From Candidatus Terraquivivens tengchongensis (GTDB lineage: Archaea; Thermoproteota; Nitrososphaeria_A; Caldarchaeales; Wolframiiraptoraceae): a DNA stretch of 64,000 nucleotides. The stretch is from assembly GCA_023261845.1 (NCBI GenBank), contig JALNJZ010000001.1, forward strand, positions 96,001 to 160,000. The letters are read 5' to 3'. Below, in pieces: positions 8,957 through 18,818 of the stretch. Below the pieces are notes generated by a model that did no database searches, was not told the origin of the DNA, and saw nothing but the letters and a program-made list of their open reading frames with translations. Numbering within the stretch: the stretch's first letter is position 1; the number at the start of each line of letters is the position of its first letter. A program made the position numbers and the translations under genes.

Positions 8957-10897
8957 GTGGGTTTTATGGAAATATCAGTTCTTGAACTTTCCGTTTTGTT
9001 AAAGGAGATGTCGGATGTCCTACTTGGGTGCATAGTGGATAACGTGTATCAGCTTGAGGATGGTAGTATAATCCTTAAGCTCAAGGGTAAAGAAAGTGAT
9101 TATGAGCTCAGGGCCTCTGCTGGCAAGTGTTTGTACTTCACACCTCACACCTATCCAAAACCGAAGACACCAACAAGCCTCGCCATGAAACTCAGGAGGT
9201 TCCTGAACGGGAGTAGACTCAAGTGTTTGGAACAGATGAGCAACGAAAGGATTGCCATCCTATGTTTTGAACGGGATAGTAATTTGAAACTAATTGTAGA
9301 ACTCATGCCCAAAGGAAACATAGTGCTCATAGATGAAACGAACAAAATCCTCGTTGCTCTCTTCCACATTAAGATGAAAGATAGAGAAATAGCGGTAGGA
9401 AAGCATTACGCACCACCCCCACCTAGGTTCTCGTTGACAGATGGTGTTGATGTAAAAAAGATCATGATTAGTGCCGACTCCAAAAAGAAACTGGTGTCTT
9501 GGTTGGCCTCGGAGTTAGGGCTGGGTGGTAAGTATGTTGAGGAAGTAGTCGTGTTAGCAAACGTTGACAAGCACGTACCGGTCCATATGCTTGACGAGGG
9601 TGAAAGACGCAGGGTCGCTGAAGCTATTGAGCGCGTGCTTATCGCATTCAGAGAACCAAAACCCCATATAGCAAGGCGCGACTCAGATGTCAAAGCCGCC
9701 CCATTTATCCTGAAGAGTCTAGAGCAGAACGGCTACTCTTTCGAGTCGGTTAATTCGTTCAATGAGGCTGTTGCGGCAGAATACGAGAGGTACTTAGTAA
9801 AGGAATATGAAGAGAAGGTCTTGAGCGACCTCAAGCAGAAGTTAAAGGAAATTCAGGAAAGCATAGAGGCGAAGAAGGCCGCGATTAAAGAATTGGAGGC
9901 AAAGATTGAACGCACCAAGACTATTGCAGAAAGGCTTTTTCTAGTGTTACATGAAGCAGAAAGCTTTAGGCAATCGATTAAGGAAGGGAGTACCAAATCT
10001 ACAGACGTGCTAAAACTTATCAGCATAGATAGAGCGAGGGGCTTGGCCATAGTCTCTCTCAACGGTTTCGAATTTGAGCTTTCGTTGAACGAGTCGATTC
10101 CTCGACAGGTTGATAAGATGTTTGATGAAGTGAAGAGGTTAAGGTTAGCAAAGGAGAGGATATTGAGCGAGCTAAACGAGCTAGAATCTGAGATTTCAAA
10201 GATAACGAGCGAGCTCGAATCGAAGAAGACGTCGAGTTTCGAGCATGTTAAACATAAAGTGCGTGAAAAGAAGAAGTGGTTCGAAAAATTCAGATGGTTC
10301 GAGACGTCCGAGGGGTTCCTGGCAGTTGCTGGTAAGGATGCGACTTCCAACATCGCCCTACTTAGAAAGCATCTGCAACCCGAGGACCTAGTTTTTCATG
10401 CTGAAATAACAGGCGCTCCTGTCGTCATCTTAAAGGGAGGCAGCATGGCTAGTGAGCGCTCGATAGAAGAGGTAGCTCAGTTTGCTGCATCCTATAGTAG
10501 GGCATGGCGTGAGGGGCTATCATCGATTAACGTTTATTACGTTAGACCTGAACAAGTGTCTTTCTCAGCACCATCTGGAGAATATCTCCCAAAGGGTTCA
10601 TTCATTGTTACAGGTAAGAAGAATTACATTAAGACAAGGTTGGCAGTGGCATTTGGTCTTCGTAAAAGTGATGGAGCTTGCGAAGTAATCCATGGACCCA
10701 CATCTGCGGTAGCGGCCAAGTCTAAAGCCTTTGTTGAGGTAGTACCTGGTAATGAGGGGGCGGGTAGCTTATCGCTAAAGATAGTTGATTTGTTATGCCG
10801 TCAGGCAGGATATGGGCTCAGCGATGAGGAGAAGCGTCCTTTAGCCGCACTGATAGCCCAATTGATACCCTACGGGAAGGGTACTCTACAGAGGTAA
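8957..10897 (+). CDS. rqcH: Ribosome quality-control protein Rqc2/RqcH (NEMF family)
   Basis: NFACT-N (ERI...VELMPKGNIVL), coiled coil, NFACT-R (WFEKFRWF, GKDATSN, HAEITGAP, SGEYLPKGSF). Confidence 0.92.
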   Translation: MGFMEISVLELSVLLKEMSDVLLGCIVDNVYQLEDGSIILKLKGKESDYELRASAGKCLYFTPHTYPKPKTPTSLAMKLRRFLNGSRLKCLEQMSNERIAILCFERDSNLKLIVELMPKGNIVLIDETNKILVALFHIKMKDREIAVGKHYAPPPPRFSLTDGVDVKKIMISADSKKKLVSWLASELGLGGKYVEEVVVLANVDKHVPVHMLDEGERRRVAEAIERVLIAFREPKPHIARRDSDVKAAPFILKSLEQNGYSFESVNSFNEAVAAEYERYLVKEYEEKVLSDLKQKLKEIQESIEAKKAAIKELEAKIERTKTIAERLFLVLHEAESFRQSIKEGSTKSTDVLKLISIDRARGLAIVSLNGFEFELSLNESIPRQVDKMFDEVKRLRLAKERILSELNELESEISKITSELESKKTSSFEHVKHKVREKKKWFEKFRWFETSEGFLAVAGKDATSNIALLRKHLQPEDLVFHAEITGAPVVILKGGSMASERSIEEVAQFAASYSRAWREGLSSINVYYVRPEQVSFSAPSGEYLPKGSFIVTGKKNYIKTRLAVAFGLRKSDGACEVIHGPTSAVAAKSKAFVEVVPGNEGAGSLSLKIVDLLCRQAGYGLSDEEKRPLAALIAQLIPYGKGTLQR

Positions 10898-10944
10898 CAA
10901 CAAATTTAATATTCAACACCAATCACTAACCATACAGAGGTCGA

Positions 10945-11532
10945 ATGGTTAAACCAGCATCGCTTGCGGAAGAATTAAGGGTTAAGGACATAATGAGCAG
11001 CCCTGTGATTGATGCCGATGTTGAGGAAACTGCAGAGGATGTTGCAAACAAGATGGTGCGCTATGACATAGGTAGCGTGGTGGTGACTGAGAAGGGCTTT
11101 CCGGTCGGTATAATAACTAAAAGGGACTTGGTATATAAGGTCGTTGCGAAGAACCTGAAACCGAACGAAGTTAAGGCCAAGGACATAATGAGCAGTCCCA
11201 TACATGTTGCAAGCCCAGATGACCTAATAGACAACGCTTTAAAGGAGATGAATAAGCTGAAGATCGACCATCTCGCGGTCGTTCATAAGGATAAGCTTGT
11301 AGGCATAATCAGCACGACCGATATCTTGCAGGTAACGCCTGAGATACTGGAGATTGTTAGAGAAAAGATGAGAATGGGTAACGTGAGAGTTAGCGGTGAG
11401 ACCTACATAGAAGGATTTTGTGATGCTTGTGGTGAATGGTCGGATATGTTGCTTAGAGTTGACGACCAATACTTATGCGAAGATTGCAGAATGGAGCTAG
11501 AAAGGAGGGGCGGAGAAGAGACAGAGAGTTGA
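10945..11532 (+). CDS. CBS-pair protein with C-terminal zinc ribbon
   Basis: Two CBS repeats; CDAC...CEDC. Confidence 0.88.
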   Translation: MVKPASLAEELRVKDIMSSPVIDADVEETAEDVANKMVRYDIGSVVVTEKGFPVGIITKRDLVYKVVAKNLKPNEVKAKDIMSSPIHVASPDDLIDNALKEMNKLKIDHLAVVHKDKLVGIISTTDILQVTPEILEIVREKMRMGNVRVSGETYIEGFCDACGEWSDMLLRVDDQYLCEDCRMELERRGGEETES

Positions 11533-11969
11533 TTCAAGAGAAGAGGTTCTTGGTCAACTCCATGTTGGGAAGTCTTGTAACTTGGCTTAGAATTCTAGGC
11601 TATGATACAGAATACTGGAAGGGCGAAGATAAGGAAATGATTGAGGTGGCGAAGAAGGAGGGCAGAATAATTTTAACAAAGGACAAGGGTGTTGTGAAAT
11701 CTGCTGAGAAGAACGGCATACCTGTGCTCGGTTTAACGGATTCGGATATACCGGAAGCTCTTGCGACCGTTGCCGAAGCTTTTGAGATAAGCTTAGAATT
11801 TGACGGAAAAAGGACACGTTGTCCTATATGCAATACACCCTTAAAGAGTTACGGCTCCCGTTGGTTCTGCGAAGGATGCGGTAAGGAATACTGGATAGGG
11901 AGTCATTGGGTCGATATAAGCAGGAAGCTCTCGGAGGCAAGAAGGATATACTTGGAACGCAAAGTTTAA
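11529..11969 (+). CDS. Mut7-C RNase (PIN-like) domain protein
   Basis: MLGSLVTWLRILGYDT, RIILTKD, RCPICN...CEGCGKEYWIGSHW; probable TTG start overlapping the upstream stop. Confidence 0.88.
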   Translation: MIQEKRFLVNSMLGSLVTWLRILGYDTEYWKGEDKEMIEVAKKEGRIILTKDKGVVKSAEKNGIPVLGLTDSDIPEALATVAEAFEISLEFDGKRTRCPICNTPLKSYGSRWFCEGCGKEYWIGSHWVDISRKLSEARRIYLERKV

Positions 11970-12020
11970 GACAACGATACATTAAAACAGATAATAATAA
12001 GCTCTTCAACATTCTGCCCG

Positions 12021-12641
12021 ATGGGTATGCTAAGCTTGGACGATGGTATAAAGATTGTAAGGCTTGCAAGGACAGCAATAGAAGAGTATCTAAAATCTAA
12101 CAAGATATATACAGTAGCCGAAGAGTGGGGAATTCCAAAAAAGGAAACAGGAGTGTTCGTCTCACTTTACACATATCCTGAAGGTGAGCTCAGGGGTTGT
12201 ATAGGCTTTCCTCTACCCGTGATGAGTCTTCCAGAAGCTGTGGTGAAGGCCGCGATTGCTGCTGCAACTGAAGACCCCAGATTCCCACCTGTAGAACTCG
12301 CAGAGATGGATAAGATCGTGATAGAGGCGAGTGTGCTGAGCGTTCCAGAGAAAATAGAGTTCATGAATCCAAGGGAGTTACCTTCCAAAATTCTCATAGG
12401 GAGGGACGGTCTGATGATAAAGAGTAGTCGAGGTTCTGGGCTACTCCTTCCTCAAGTGCCAGTAGAGTATGGATGGGATGCTGAGGAGTTTCTATGCCAT
12501 CTTTGCATTAAGGCGGGCCTGCCTGCTACTTACTGGTTGACTGGGAAATTTGATATTTACAGATTCACGGCTGAGATATTCGCTGAAGAGAGCCCGAGAG
12601 GGAAAGTTGTCAAGAAAGAGCTGAAGGGTTGTGAAGTTTGA
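12021..12641 (+). CDS. AMMECR1 domain protein
   Basis: GVFVSL, LRGCIG, EDPRFPP, GLLLPQVPVE, LCIKAGL. Confidence 0.93.
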   Translation: MGMLSLDDGIKIVRLARTAIEEYLKSNKIYTVAEEWGIPKKETGVFVSLYTYPEGELRGCIGFPLPVMSLPEAVVKAAIAAATEDPRFPPVELAEMDKIVIEASVLSVPEKIEFMNPRELPSKILIGRDGLMIKSSRGSGLLLPQVPVEYGWDAEEFLCHLCIKAGLPATYWLTGKFDIYRFTAEIFAEESPRGKVVKKELKGCEV

Positions 12642-13801
12642 GGGCGTACTTCGGCATCTGTGGAATCGGCATGGGCCATGCCGCCAGGAGTTCGCTTCTC
12701 ATTAAGGCGTTAGTGAAGAATGGATGGGAGGTTGCAGTTTCAAGCTACAGTGATGGTGCAGAATATCTCGAGGCTATCGGCATCCCGGTCAACAAGGTTG
12801 ATCCAGTATCTTATGGTGTCCTTCCGGACGGCAAGGTTAGCATAAAGCTAACGATATTTAAAAACCTTCATCTTCCGCTTAAGGTATCTCTCCAGACTGC
12901 GAGGGAAGTTTCCAGCATATCTTGTTTTGGCCCATCCGTTGTCATCTCCGATACTAGGGTATCGACGGTCATAGCTGCAAAGTTATTGGAACATCCTGTT
13001 GTGCTGATACTCAACCAATTTAATGTATTAGTAGAATACCATAAGTACAAGACGCTAGTAGAGCTCGTCGAGAACGGTGCACAACTCGTCACTAAGTTTT
13101 GGGAGATGGCAGATAAAATCGTGATATCGGACTTTCCGCCACCTTACACGATTTCGCGGATGAACCTTGCGCTGAGCGATGTCGCAAAGTCGAAGAGCAC
13201 ATTCGTCGGTCCGTTGTTTGAGGTGCCGAGGCAAAAACTGTCAACAAAAGACGAAGTACGTAAAAAGTACGGAATACCATCGGGGAAGCCATTAATTTTT
13301 GCGCATATTAGTGGGCCTATATTCGAGAAGACTGTACTTGCCGAGAAGCTTGTTAGAATCGTTAGAAAACTGGATAGATACTTCTTCGTTATAACTCTCG
13401 CAGAACCAAAAGCTCCTAACATAAAGAGGGAGGAGAATATGCTACTCATGAATTGGGTCGAAAATCCGGACGAGCTTTACGATGCATCCGATGTCGTCAT
13501 ATCAAGATCAGGACATGGAAGTATCGTTAGGGCGCTAGCATTCGGAAAGCCCATGGTCCTGATACCCATAAGGGCTCATGGTGAGCAGAAGTCAAACGCA
13601 GAGTCCGTTGCAAAGCACGGCGCCGGAATAGTAATCAATGAAGATGAGTTAAACGAGGAAGTCCTCGGACATGCATTAGATAGAATTCTTACCGATGATG
13701 CGTATTCGAGAAATGTTCTCTCTTTCAAGAGGTTGATGGAGAAGCTTGATCCAGTAAACGTTACTGTCTCGATAATTGAGGAATTAGCGCATAAGCCTTA
13801 A
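12638..13801 (+). CDS. GT-B glycosyltransferase, family 28/MurG-like
   Basis: GIGMGHAAR, ISRSGHGS, GKPMVLIP...EQKSNA. Confidence 0.85.
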   Translation: MRAYFGICGIGMGHAARSSLLIKALVKNGWEVAVSSYSDGAEYLEAIGIPVNKVDPVSYGVLPDGKVSIKLTIFKNLHLPLKVSLQTAREVSSISCFGPSVVISDTRVSTVIAAKLLEHPVVLILNQFNVLVEYHKYKTLVELVENGAQLVTKFWEMADKIVISDFPPPYTISRMNLALSDVAKSKSTFVGPLFEVPRQKLSTKDEVRKKYGIPSGKPLIFAHISGPIFEKTVLAEKLVRIVRKLDRYFFVITLAEPKAPNIKREENMLLMNWVENPDELYDASDVVISRSGHGSIVRALAFGKPMVLIPIRAHGEQKSNAESVAKHGAGIVINEDELNEEVLGHALDRILTDDAYSRNVLSFKRLMEKLDPVNVTVSIIEELAHKP

Positions 13802-14344
13802 CCATTCAGCAAGCAGTCTAACAGATTTCCCCCTATGCGATACTGCATTCTTCTCCTCAACACTCATCTCGGCGAAAGTCCTTCCATCACCTTCTTCTGG
13901 TATGAATATCGGGTCAAAGCCAAATCCGCTTAACCCCCTAGGCTCATGGGAAATTCTTCCGACACATACACCGCTGAACAACACGGGAGGTTCTCTGGAT
14001 AACTTGCAGGCTATGCAGGATTTGAAGTGTGCCGCCCTGTTTTCTTCATATTCCATCAACTTCAGTATACCGGCGACACCTATCGTTCTATAGACGTAGG
14101 ATGAATAGGGTCCTGGAAAACCGTTTAGGCGCTCGATGAAAAGGCCAGCATCTTCGACGAACACGGGTTCCTTCAAAATCTCATGAGCTTCTTCGCAACT
14201 CCTCATCGCTATCTCCTCGAGAGAGTCGGATTGTATCTCGGTGAGCTTTATTGCGCGTACGTCTATCTCTATACCGAGGGGTTTCAACAAACTCTTAACC
14301 TCATTCGCCTTTCCCGTATTCGTCGTCACGAAAGTTAGCCTCAA
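13784..14344 (-). CDS. rdgB: XTP/dITP diphosphatase (HAM1 family)
   Basis: TTNTGK, EDAGL, GFPGPYS, GFGFDPIF, KNAVSHRG. Confidence 0.95.
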   Translation of the reverse strand: MRLTFVTTNTGKANEVKSLLKPLGIEIDVRAIKLTEIQSDSLEEIAMRSCEEAHEILKEPVFVEDAGLFIERLNGFPGPYSSYVYRTIGVAGILKLMEYEENRAAHFKSCIACKLSREPPVLFSGVCVGRISHEPRGLSGFGFDPIFIPEEGDGRTFAEMSVEEKNAVSHRGKSVRLLAEWLRLMR

Positions 14345-15006
14345 CGCTTTCTCATCTCCCTCTCCACGTATCTCCCCCTCGACTCTATATCCTTAACTTT
14401 TTTCAAGACATCGTTTAGCATATCGCCCATGACTGTCCTGTAACCTTCTAAGAAACACTGCATAAATCCGTCCTTTACGTTGTAATGCGTGCTCTGGAGA
14501 GACCTGTCAAGTAGGTGGATGTCAACTGCGAACTCCTCGATATCCTTGGTAAAAGTTGCCAAGCCGAAGTCAACGAGGTAAGGATTCATTTGCTCATCAA
14601 CGATAACGTTGGAGAGCGTCAAGTCACCATGCGCTATACCGCCGTTGTGCAACATACCCGTAAGGACACCAACACGTCTCGCGAGTTTTGATAGATCTTC
14701 TTGGTTTAAGTTCCCTATGATGTCCCTTGCCTCTATTCCGCGTATCCTTTGCATGTATATCGTTGCATCTTCTAAATCTACGAGGATTATCACTGGGCAT
14801 GCCACACCATACTTCTTAGCCTCGGAGATTATTCTTGCTTCGGAGACCGTCCTTTGCATCCTTATCTCCTTGTCCAGCAAAGGATGCCTGTAAGACTTGG
14901 GCACCCTCCTCTTCGCTATGAGCTCCATACCATTCCAGTTTAGCGCATAGATCGTTGCCTCAGCACCAAGCCTTATGATCGCTGTCGGTTCTCCCAATCT
15001 CAGCAA
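14341..15006 (-). CDS. bud32: KEOPS complex kinase Bud32
   Basis: GAEA, KSYRHP, HGDLTLSN, DFGL, RGRY. Confidence 0.95.
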   Translation of the reverse strand: MLRLGEPTAIIRLGAEATIYALNWNGMELIAKRRVPKSYRHPLLDKEIRMQRTVSEARIISEAKKYGVACPVIILVDLEDATIYMQRIRGIEARDIIGNLNQEDLSKLARRVGVLTGMLHNGGIAHGDLTLSNVIVDEQMNPYLVDFGLATFTKDIEEFAVDIHLLDRSLQSTHYNVKDGFMQCFLEGYRTVMGDMLNDVLKKVKDIESRGRYVEREMRKR

Positions 15007-15013
15007 TCCATCT

Positions 15014-16006
15014 TCACCTGAACCATCTGACTTCTGTCTCGTCTATCCTCATCCTCGGCTTAATCCTACTATCCTCAACATCAACAACCATGCCGAACAT
15101 GAGGTGTAAGATGCCGTTCCAAGCTATCATCGCGCCGTTATCTCCGGCGTACTCGTCAGGTATTGTATAAACTTTGGCTCCGCGTTCTCTTGCCATAGTG
15201 TCGAGCATACCCTTTAACCTCTTGCTCCTCGCAAGACCGCCGACCACGAGTATCTCGTTTTTTGCGGTGTAAGCAACAGCCCTCTCAGTCACCTCGGTCA
15301 GCATACTGTAGACTGTCTCCGTCAAGCCGTAGCAGACGTCCTCCAGCGCTACTCCCTGTTTAAGCTTCAAAAGTGCAGCAGTCAGCAGACCAGAGAAGGA
15401 CACATCCATACCCTTAACCGCGTAAGGGAGTTGGACGAATGATTTTGCTTTCTCCGCCACAACCTCCGGCATAGGCATAGGACCTATGCCTGCTTTTATG
15501 CCGAAGGTATCGAGGCAATTGCCAGCCGCTATGTCCAACGTTTCACCGAATATTCTGTACCTTCCTGCGTTGAATGCTGCTACCAGCGTGTTACCACCAG
15601 CCACATAAAGGACTACTGGGTCTCTGCAACCCGTGACCAACCTTCCGATCTCAATATGGGCAACACCGTGGTTCACGGCTATGAGGGGTTTATTGAGGCT
15701 GAGGGCGAGTGTCCTGGCTATAGTTGCACCAGTCCTTAAGCAGGGCCCAAGACCAGGCCCAACAGAGAACGCTATGCCGTCCAACTCGCTGAGGGAGACA
15801 CCTGCTTTAGATATACTAGTTCTAAGGATCTCAGGAGCTACACGCGAATGGTGCTGCGCTGCCTCCCTCGGATGTATACCCCCTTTAGAAGGCCTGTAGA
15901 CTTTATTCTCATTGGCCAATATCCGGCCGTCTGACGACACTATACCCACGCCGAAGGTGTGGGCTGTTGACTCTATGCCAAGGACTATTTTTGTGCCTTC
16001 CCTCAA
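15014..16006 (-). CDS. kae1: tRNA N6-adenosine threonylcarbamoyltransferase Kae1
   Basis: GIESTAHT, GPGLGPCL, NHGVAHIE, GETLDIA, DNGAMIAW; probable TTG start at 16006. Confidence 0.95.
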   Translation of the reverse strand: MREGTKIVLGIESTAHTFGVGIVSSDGRILANENKVYRPSKGGIHPREAAQHHSRVAPEILRTSISKAGVSLSELDGIAFSVGPGLGPCLRTGATIARTLALSLNKPLIAVNHGVAHIEIGRLVTGCRDPVVLYVAGGNTLVAAFNAGRYRIFGETLDIAAGNCLDTFGIKAGIGPMPMPEVVAEKAKSFVQLPYAVKGMDVSFSGLLTAALLKLKQGVALEDVCYGLTETVYSMLTEVTERAVAYTAKNEILVVGGLARSKRLKGMLDTMARERGAKVYTIPDEYAGDNGAMIAWNGILHLMFGMVVDVEDSRIKPRMRIDETEVRWFR

Positions 16007-16121
16007 CCTTCTCTCAAAGAAGATTATGATTAAGGTGCTTATCATTCTTGTGACTGCTCGCCGGCTAAAAAAGCAAAAGACCCATTAGATGGCGGTCAAG
16101 GCTAATGATTGTGGACTTGAC

Positions 16122-17897
16122 ATGCGGCTGAGGCAGCCAATCGTGGTCGTGTTGGGGCACGTCGACCACGGCAAGACGAGCCTACTCGATAAGATGAGGG
16201 GCACGCTGGTAGCAGCAAGGGAGGCTGGCGGGATAACACAACACATAGGCGCAAGCCTCTTTCCGCTTGATGCAGTCATCTCGACGTGTAAGGCACTACT
16301 TGGAGAGATTAAGGTGCAGCTGAAGATTCCGGGCTTACTCTTCGTTGACACGCCGGGCCATGCGGCCTTCGCCAACTTGAGGAAAAGAGGAGGCTCGATA
16401 GCAGACTTGGCAATACTCGTCATTGACGTGACGAAAGGCATACAGGAACAGACGCTTGAAAGCTTGGAGTTGCTCAAGACGAGAAAGACACCGTTTGTCG
16501 TGGCCATGAATAAGATAGACTTGATACCAGGCTGGAAGTCCGTTGAATATGAGCCCTTCCCTAAAGCATTCCAAAGACAGAGCCAAGCCGTAAAGGATGA
16601 GCTCGAGCAGAGGGTCTACATGATAGTCGGCGAGCTGTCAAACCTTGGCTTCAGAGCAGACATCTACACTAGGATTACCTCATTCACCACTACGGTCGCC
16701 ATAGTTCCGGTGAGTGCCAAGAGCGGCGAAGGCATACCGGACCTACTCCTCGTACTTTTAGGTCTTGCCCAGGCGTTCATGAAAGAGCAGCTTACGCTCA
16801 ACGAAGATGCACCAGCAGAGGGTGTCGTGTTAGAGATAACAGAGGAGGAGGGGCTTGGTACGACAGTCAATGCAATAATATACGATGGTGTATTGAAGGT
16901 CGGCGACAAGGTAGCTCTACTTGGCCCAGATGGAGCGTTCACGACAAAGGTCAAGGCCATACTCATGCCAAAGCCCCTCGATGAGATGCGGGACCCGAGG
17001 GATAAGTTCAAGTCGGTAGAGCGCGTTTTGGCTGCTGCGGGTTTGAAACTAGTTGCTGAAGGGTTGGATAAAACGTATCCTGGTTCACCTATATACGTGA
17101 TTGGTCAGAAGGAAGAAGAGGTATTGGAGAGAATTACGAAAGAAGTTGGTGAGTTTAGGCTCTTTACAGATAAAGTGGGTGTCGTACTCAAGGCGGACAC
17201 TCTCGGCTCACTCGAGGCAGCCGTCAACTTTCTCCGTGAGAGAGGAGTGCAGATAAGGGTTGCCGACATAGGTGAGCTATCAAAGAGGGACATAGTTGAA
17301 GCAGAAGTAGTTAGGATGAAGGATGAGTTGAGCGGCGTCATCTTAGCATTCAACATCAGAGTTGATCCGGACCTTGAACGTGAGGCCAACAACAGGGGTA
17401 TCAGAATATTCAAATCGAACGTACTGTTCAGGTTAGTGGAAGAATACACAGATTGGGTGAAAAAGGAGAAGGAGAGAAGGGAGACTATTCAGTTCGAGTC
17501 CCTCACAAAGCCTGGCAAGATAAAGATACTTCCAGGTTATGTGTTCAGGAGGAGTAACCCGGCCATAGTGGGCGTGGAAGTCTTAGGTGGAAGGATTAAG
17601 CCGAAGTATACGTTGATGAATTCTGAGGGCAAACATGTTGGCACGATATCGCAGATACAGGACAAGGGTCAGAGCATACCAGAGGCCACAGCCGGTATGA
17701 GTGTCGCGATATCTATGAAGGAACCGACTATCGGAAGGCATGTGAAGGAAGGTGAAATACTTTATACAGTAATACCGGAAAACGAGGCACGGTTGCTCTT
17801 TAAGTCTTTCACCAATAGGTTAACGGAGGATGAAAAGGCGGTACTCGATGAGATAGCCCAGATAATCAGGAAGAATAACCCCCTCTGGGCTAGGTAA
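16122..17897 (+). CDS. infB: Translation initiation factor IF-2 (aIF5B)
   Basis: GHVDHGKT, GGITQHIGA, DTPGH, NKID; no intein. Confidence 0.97.
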   Translation: MRLRQPIVVVLGHVDHGKTSLLDKMRGTLVAAREAGGITQHIGASLFPLDAVISTCKALLGEIKVQLKIPGLLFVDTPGHAAFANLRKRGGSIADLAILVIDVTKGIQEQTLESLELLKTRKTPFVVAMNKIDLIPGWKSVEYEPFPKAFQRQSQAVKDELEQRVYMIVGELSNLGFRADIYTRITSFTTTVAIVPVSAKSGEGIPDLLLVLLGLAQAFMKEQLTLNEDAPAEGVVLEITEEEGLGTTVNAIIYDGVLKVGDKVALLGPDGAFTTKVKAILMPKPLDEMRDPRDKFKSVERVLAAAGLKLVAEGLDKTYPGSPIYVIGQKEEEVLERITKEVGEFRLFTDKVGVVLKADTLGSLEAAVNFLRERGVQIRVADIGELSKRDIVEAEVVRMKDELSGVILAFNIRVDPDLEREANNRGIRIFKSNVLFRLVEEYTDWVKKEKERRETIQFESLTKPGKIKILPGYVFRRSNPAIVGVEVLGGRIKPKYTLMNSEGKHVGTISQIQDKGQSIPEATAGMSVAISMKEPTIGRHVKEGEILYTVIPENEARLLFKSFTNRLTEDEKAVLDEIAQIIRKNNPLWAR

Positions 17898-17950
17898 TTG
17901 AGACTTATTAAGAACCTATTAGTTGACGGGTATAAAACGGAGGTGCCCCG

Positions 17951-18361
17951 TTGTCCGAGAAGAAGCCTGGTCCCAGGCTAGTCCTGTCTGAACCCTCCAC
18001 GGGTAAAGCGCAAACGATTCAACTGACACCACAACAGTTTTCGCTGTTCATAGGGAAGAAGATAGGCGATGAGCTAGATGGTTCAATACTCGGCAAGTCT
18101 GGCTTCAAAATCAGGATAACAGGTGGTACTGACGTAGACGGCTTCCCTATGAGACCAGACGTGAGCGGTCCAAGAAAAGTGAGAGTGCTCCTTTCTGGTG
18201 GCGTCGGCTTCCATCCAAGAGAGAAACCACCTTCCAAGAGAAAGAAGAAGAGGAACAGAAGAAAAAAAGAAGGTCTTAGAAAAAGGGTTACAGTGAGGGG
18301 AAACATGATAAGCGAGGCGATCGCGCAAATAAACGCGGTCCTAATACCTGCGAGCGGGTGA
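17951..18361 (+). CDS. rps6e: 30S ribosomal protein S6e
   Basis: ITGGTDVDGFPMRPDV, GLRKRVTVRGN. Confidence 0.95.
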   Translation: MSEKKPGPRLVLSEPSTGKAQTIQLTPQQFSLFIGKKIGDELDGSILGKSGFKIRITGGTDVDGFPMRPDVSGPRKVRVLLSGGVGFHPREKPPSKRKKKRNRRKKEGLRKRVTVRGNMISEAIAQINAVLIPASG

Positions 18362-18666
18362 TGTTTATGGCCAAATTGTTGATAGCATCCGAATTTTATA
18401 ACAAGTTGCTCAATCGAAAGGATATTCAGATATTGATAGACTATGATGGTGCAACGCCCAAGAGAGATGAGGTTTTGAAGCTTATAGCGGAGTACCTGAA
18501 AGTATCGGAGGATAGAATAGCGATCGTCAAAATGGAGAACCTTTTTGGACAACATAGGCTCTCGGTACACTGCCATGTTTACGACACCGCGGAAGATATG
18601 AAAAAGTATGAGAGGAAGTACGTTTTGAAAAGGCAGGAGGTGGAGGTTTCTGGGAAGACAGGCTAA
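18358..18666 (+). CDS. rps24e: 30S ribosomal protein S24e
   Basis: NKLLNRK, GATPKR, FG...VYD...ERKYVLKR. Confidence 0.92.
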   Translation: MMFMAKLLIASEFYNKLLNRKDIQILIDYDGATPKRDEVLKLIAEYLKVSEDRIAIVKMENLFGQHRLSVHCHVYDTAEDMKKYERKYVLKRQEVEVSGKTG

Positions 18667-18817
18667 ACTCTGGGCAAAGTACAAGCTTGAGGGGAATAAT
18701 CTGATGAAGAGCGTCCTTTTCTGCCCAAAGTGCGGAAAAGGTTACATAATGGCTGAGCATGCTGACAGATACACTTGTGGAAACTGTCATTACACAGAGT
18801 TTAAGAAGAAGGCATAA
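18650..18817 (+). CDS. rps27ae: 30S ribosomal protein S27ae (55 aa, apparent CTG start)
   Basis: Own translation: (M)GRQAKLWAKYKLEGNNLMKSVLFCPKCGKGYIMAEHADRYTCGNCHYTEFKKKA; not in the ORF track. Confidence 0.92.
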   Translation: MGRQAKLWAKYKLEGNNLMKSVLFCPKCGKGYIMAEHADRYTCGNCHYTEFKKKA

Positions 18818-18818
18818 A

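Noticed and set aside
10984-11195. 17-bp direct repeat AAGGACATAATGAGCAG
   Set aside because: Encodes the KDIMS motif of the two CBS domains; an intragenic duplication.
12638-13801. murG / peptidoglycan synthesis
   Set aside because: Only a generic GT28-type fold, with no other mur genes and an archaeal context.
7300-17897. Inteins in RadA or IF-2
   Set aside because: Both proteins have normal length and uninterrupted motifs.
18019-18684. 221-aa minus-strand ORF and the many other antisense ORFs in the track
   Set aside because: Shadows of well-supported genes on the opposite strand, with no motifs of their own.
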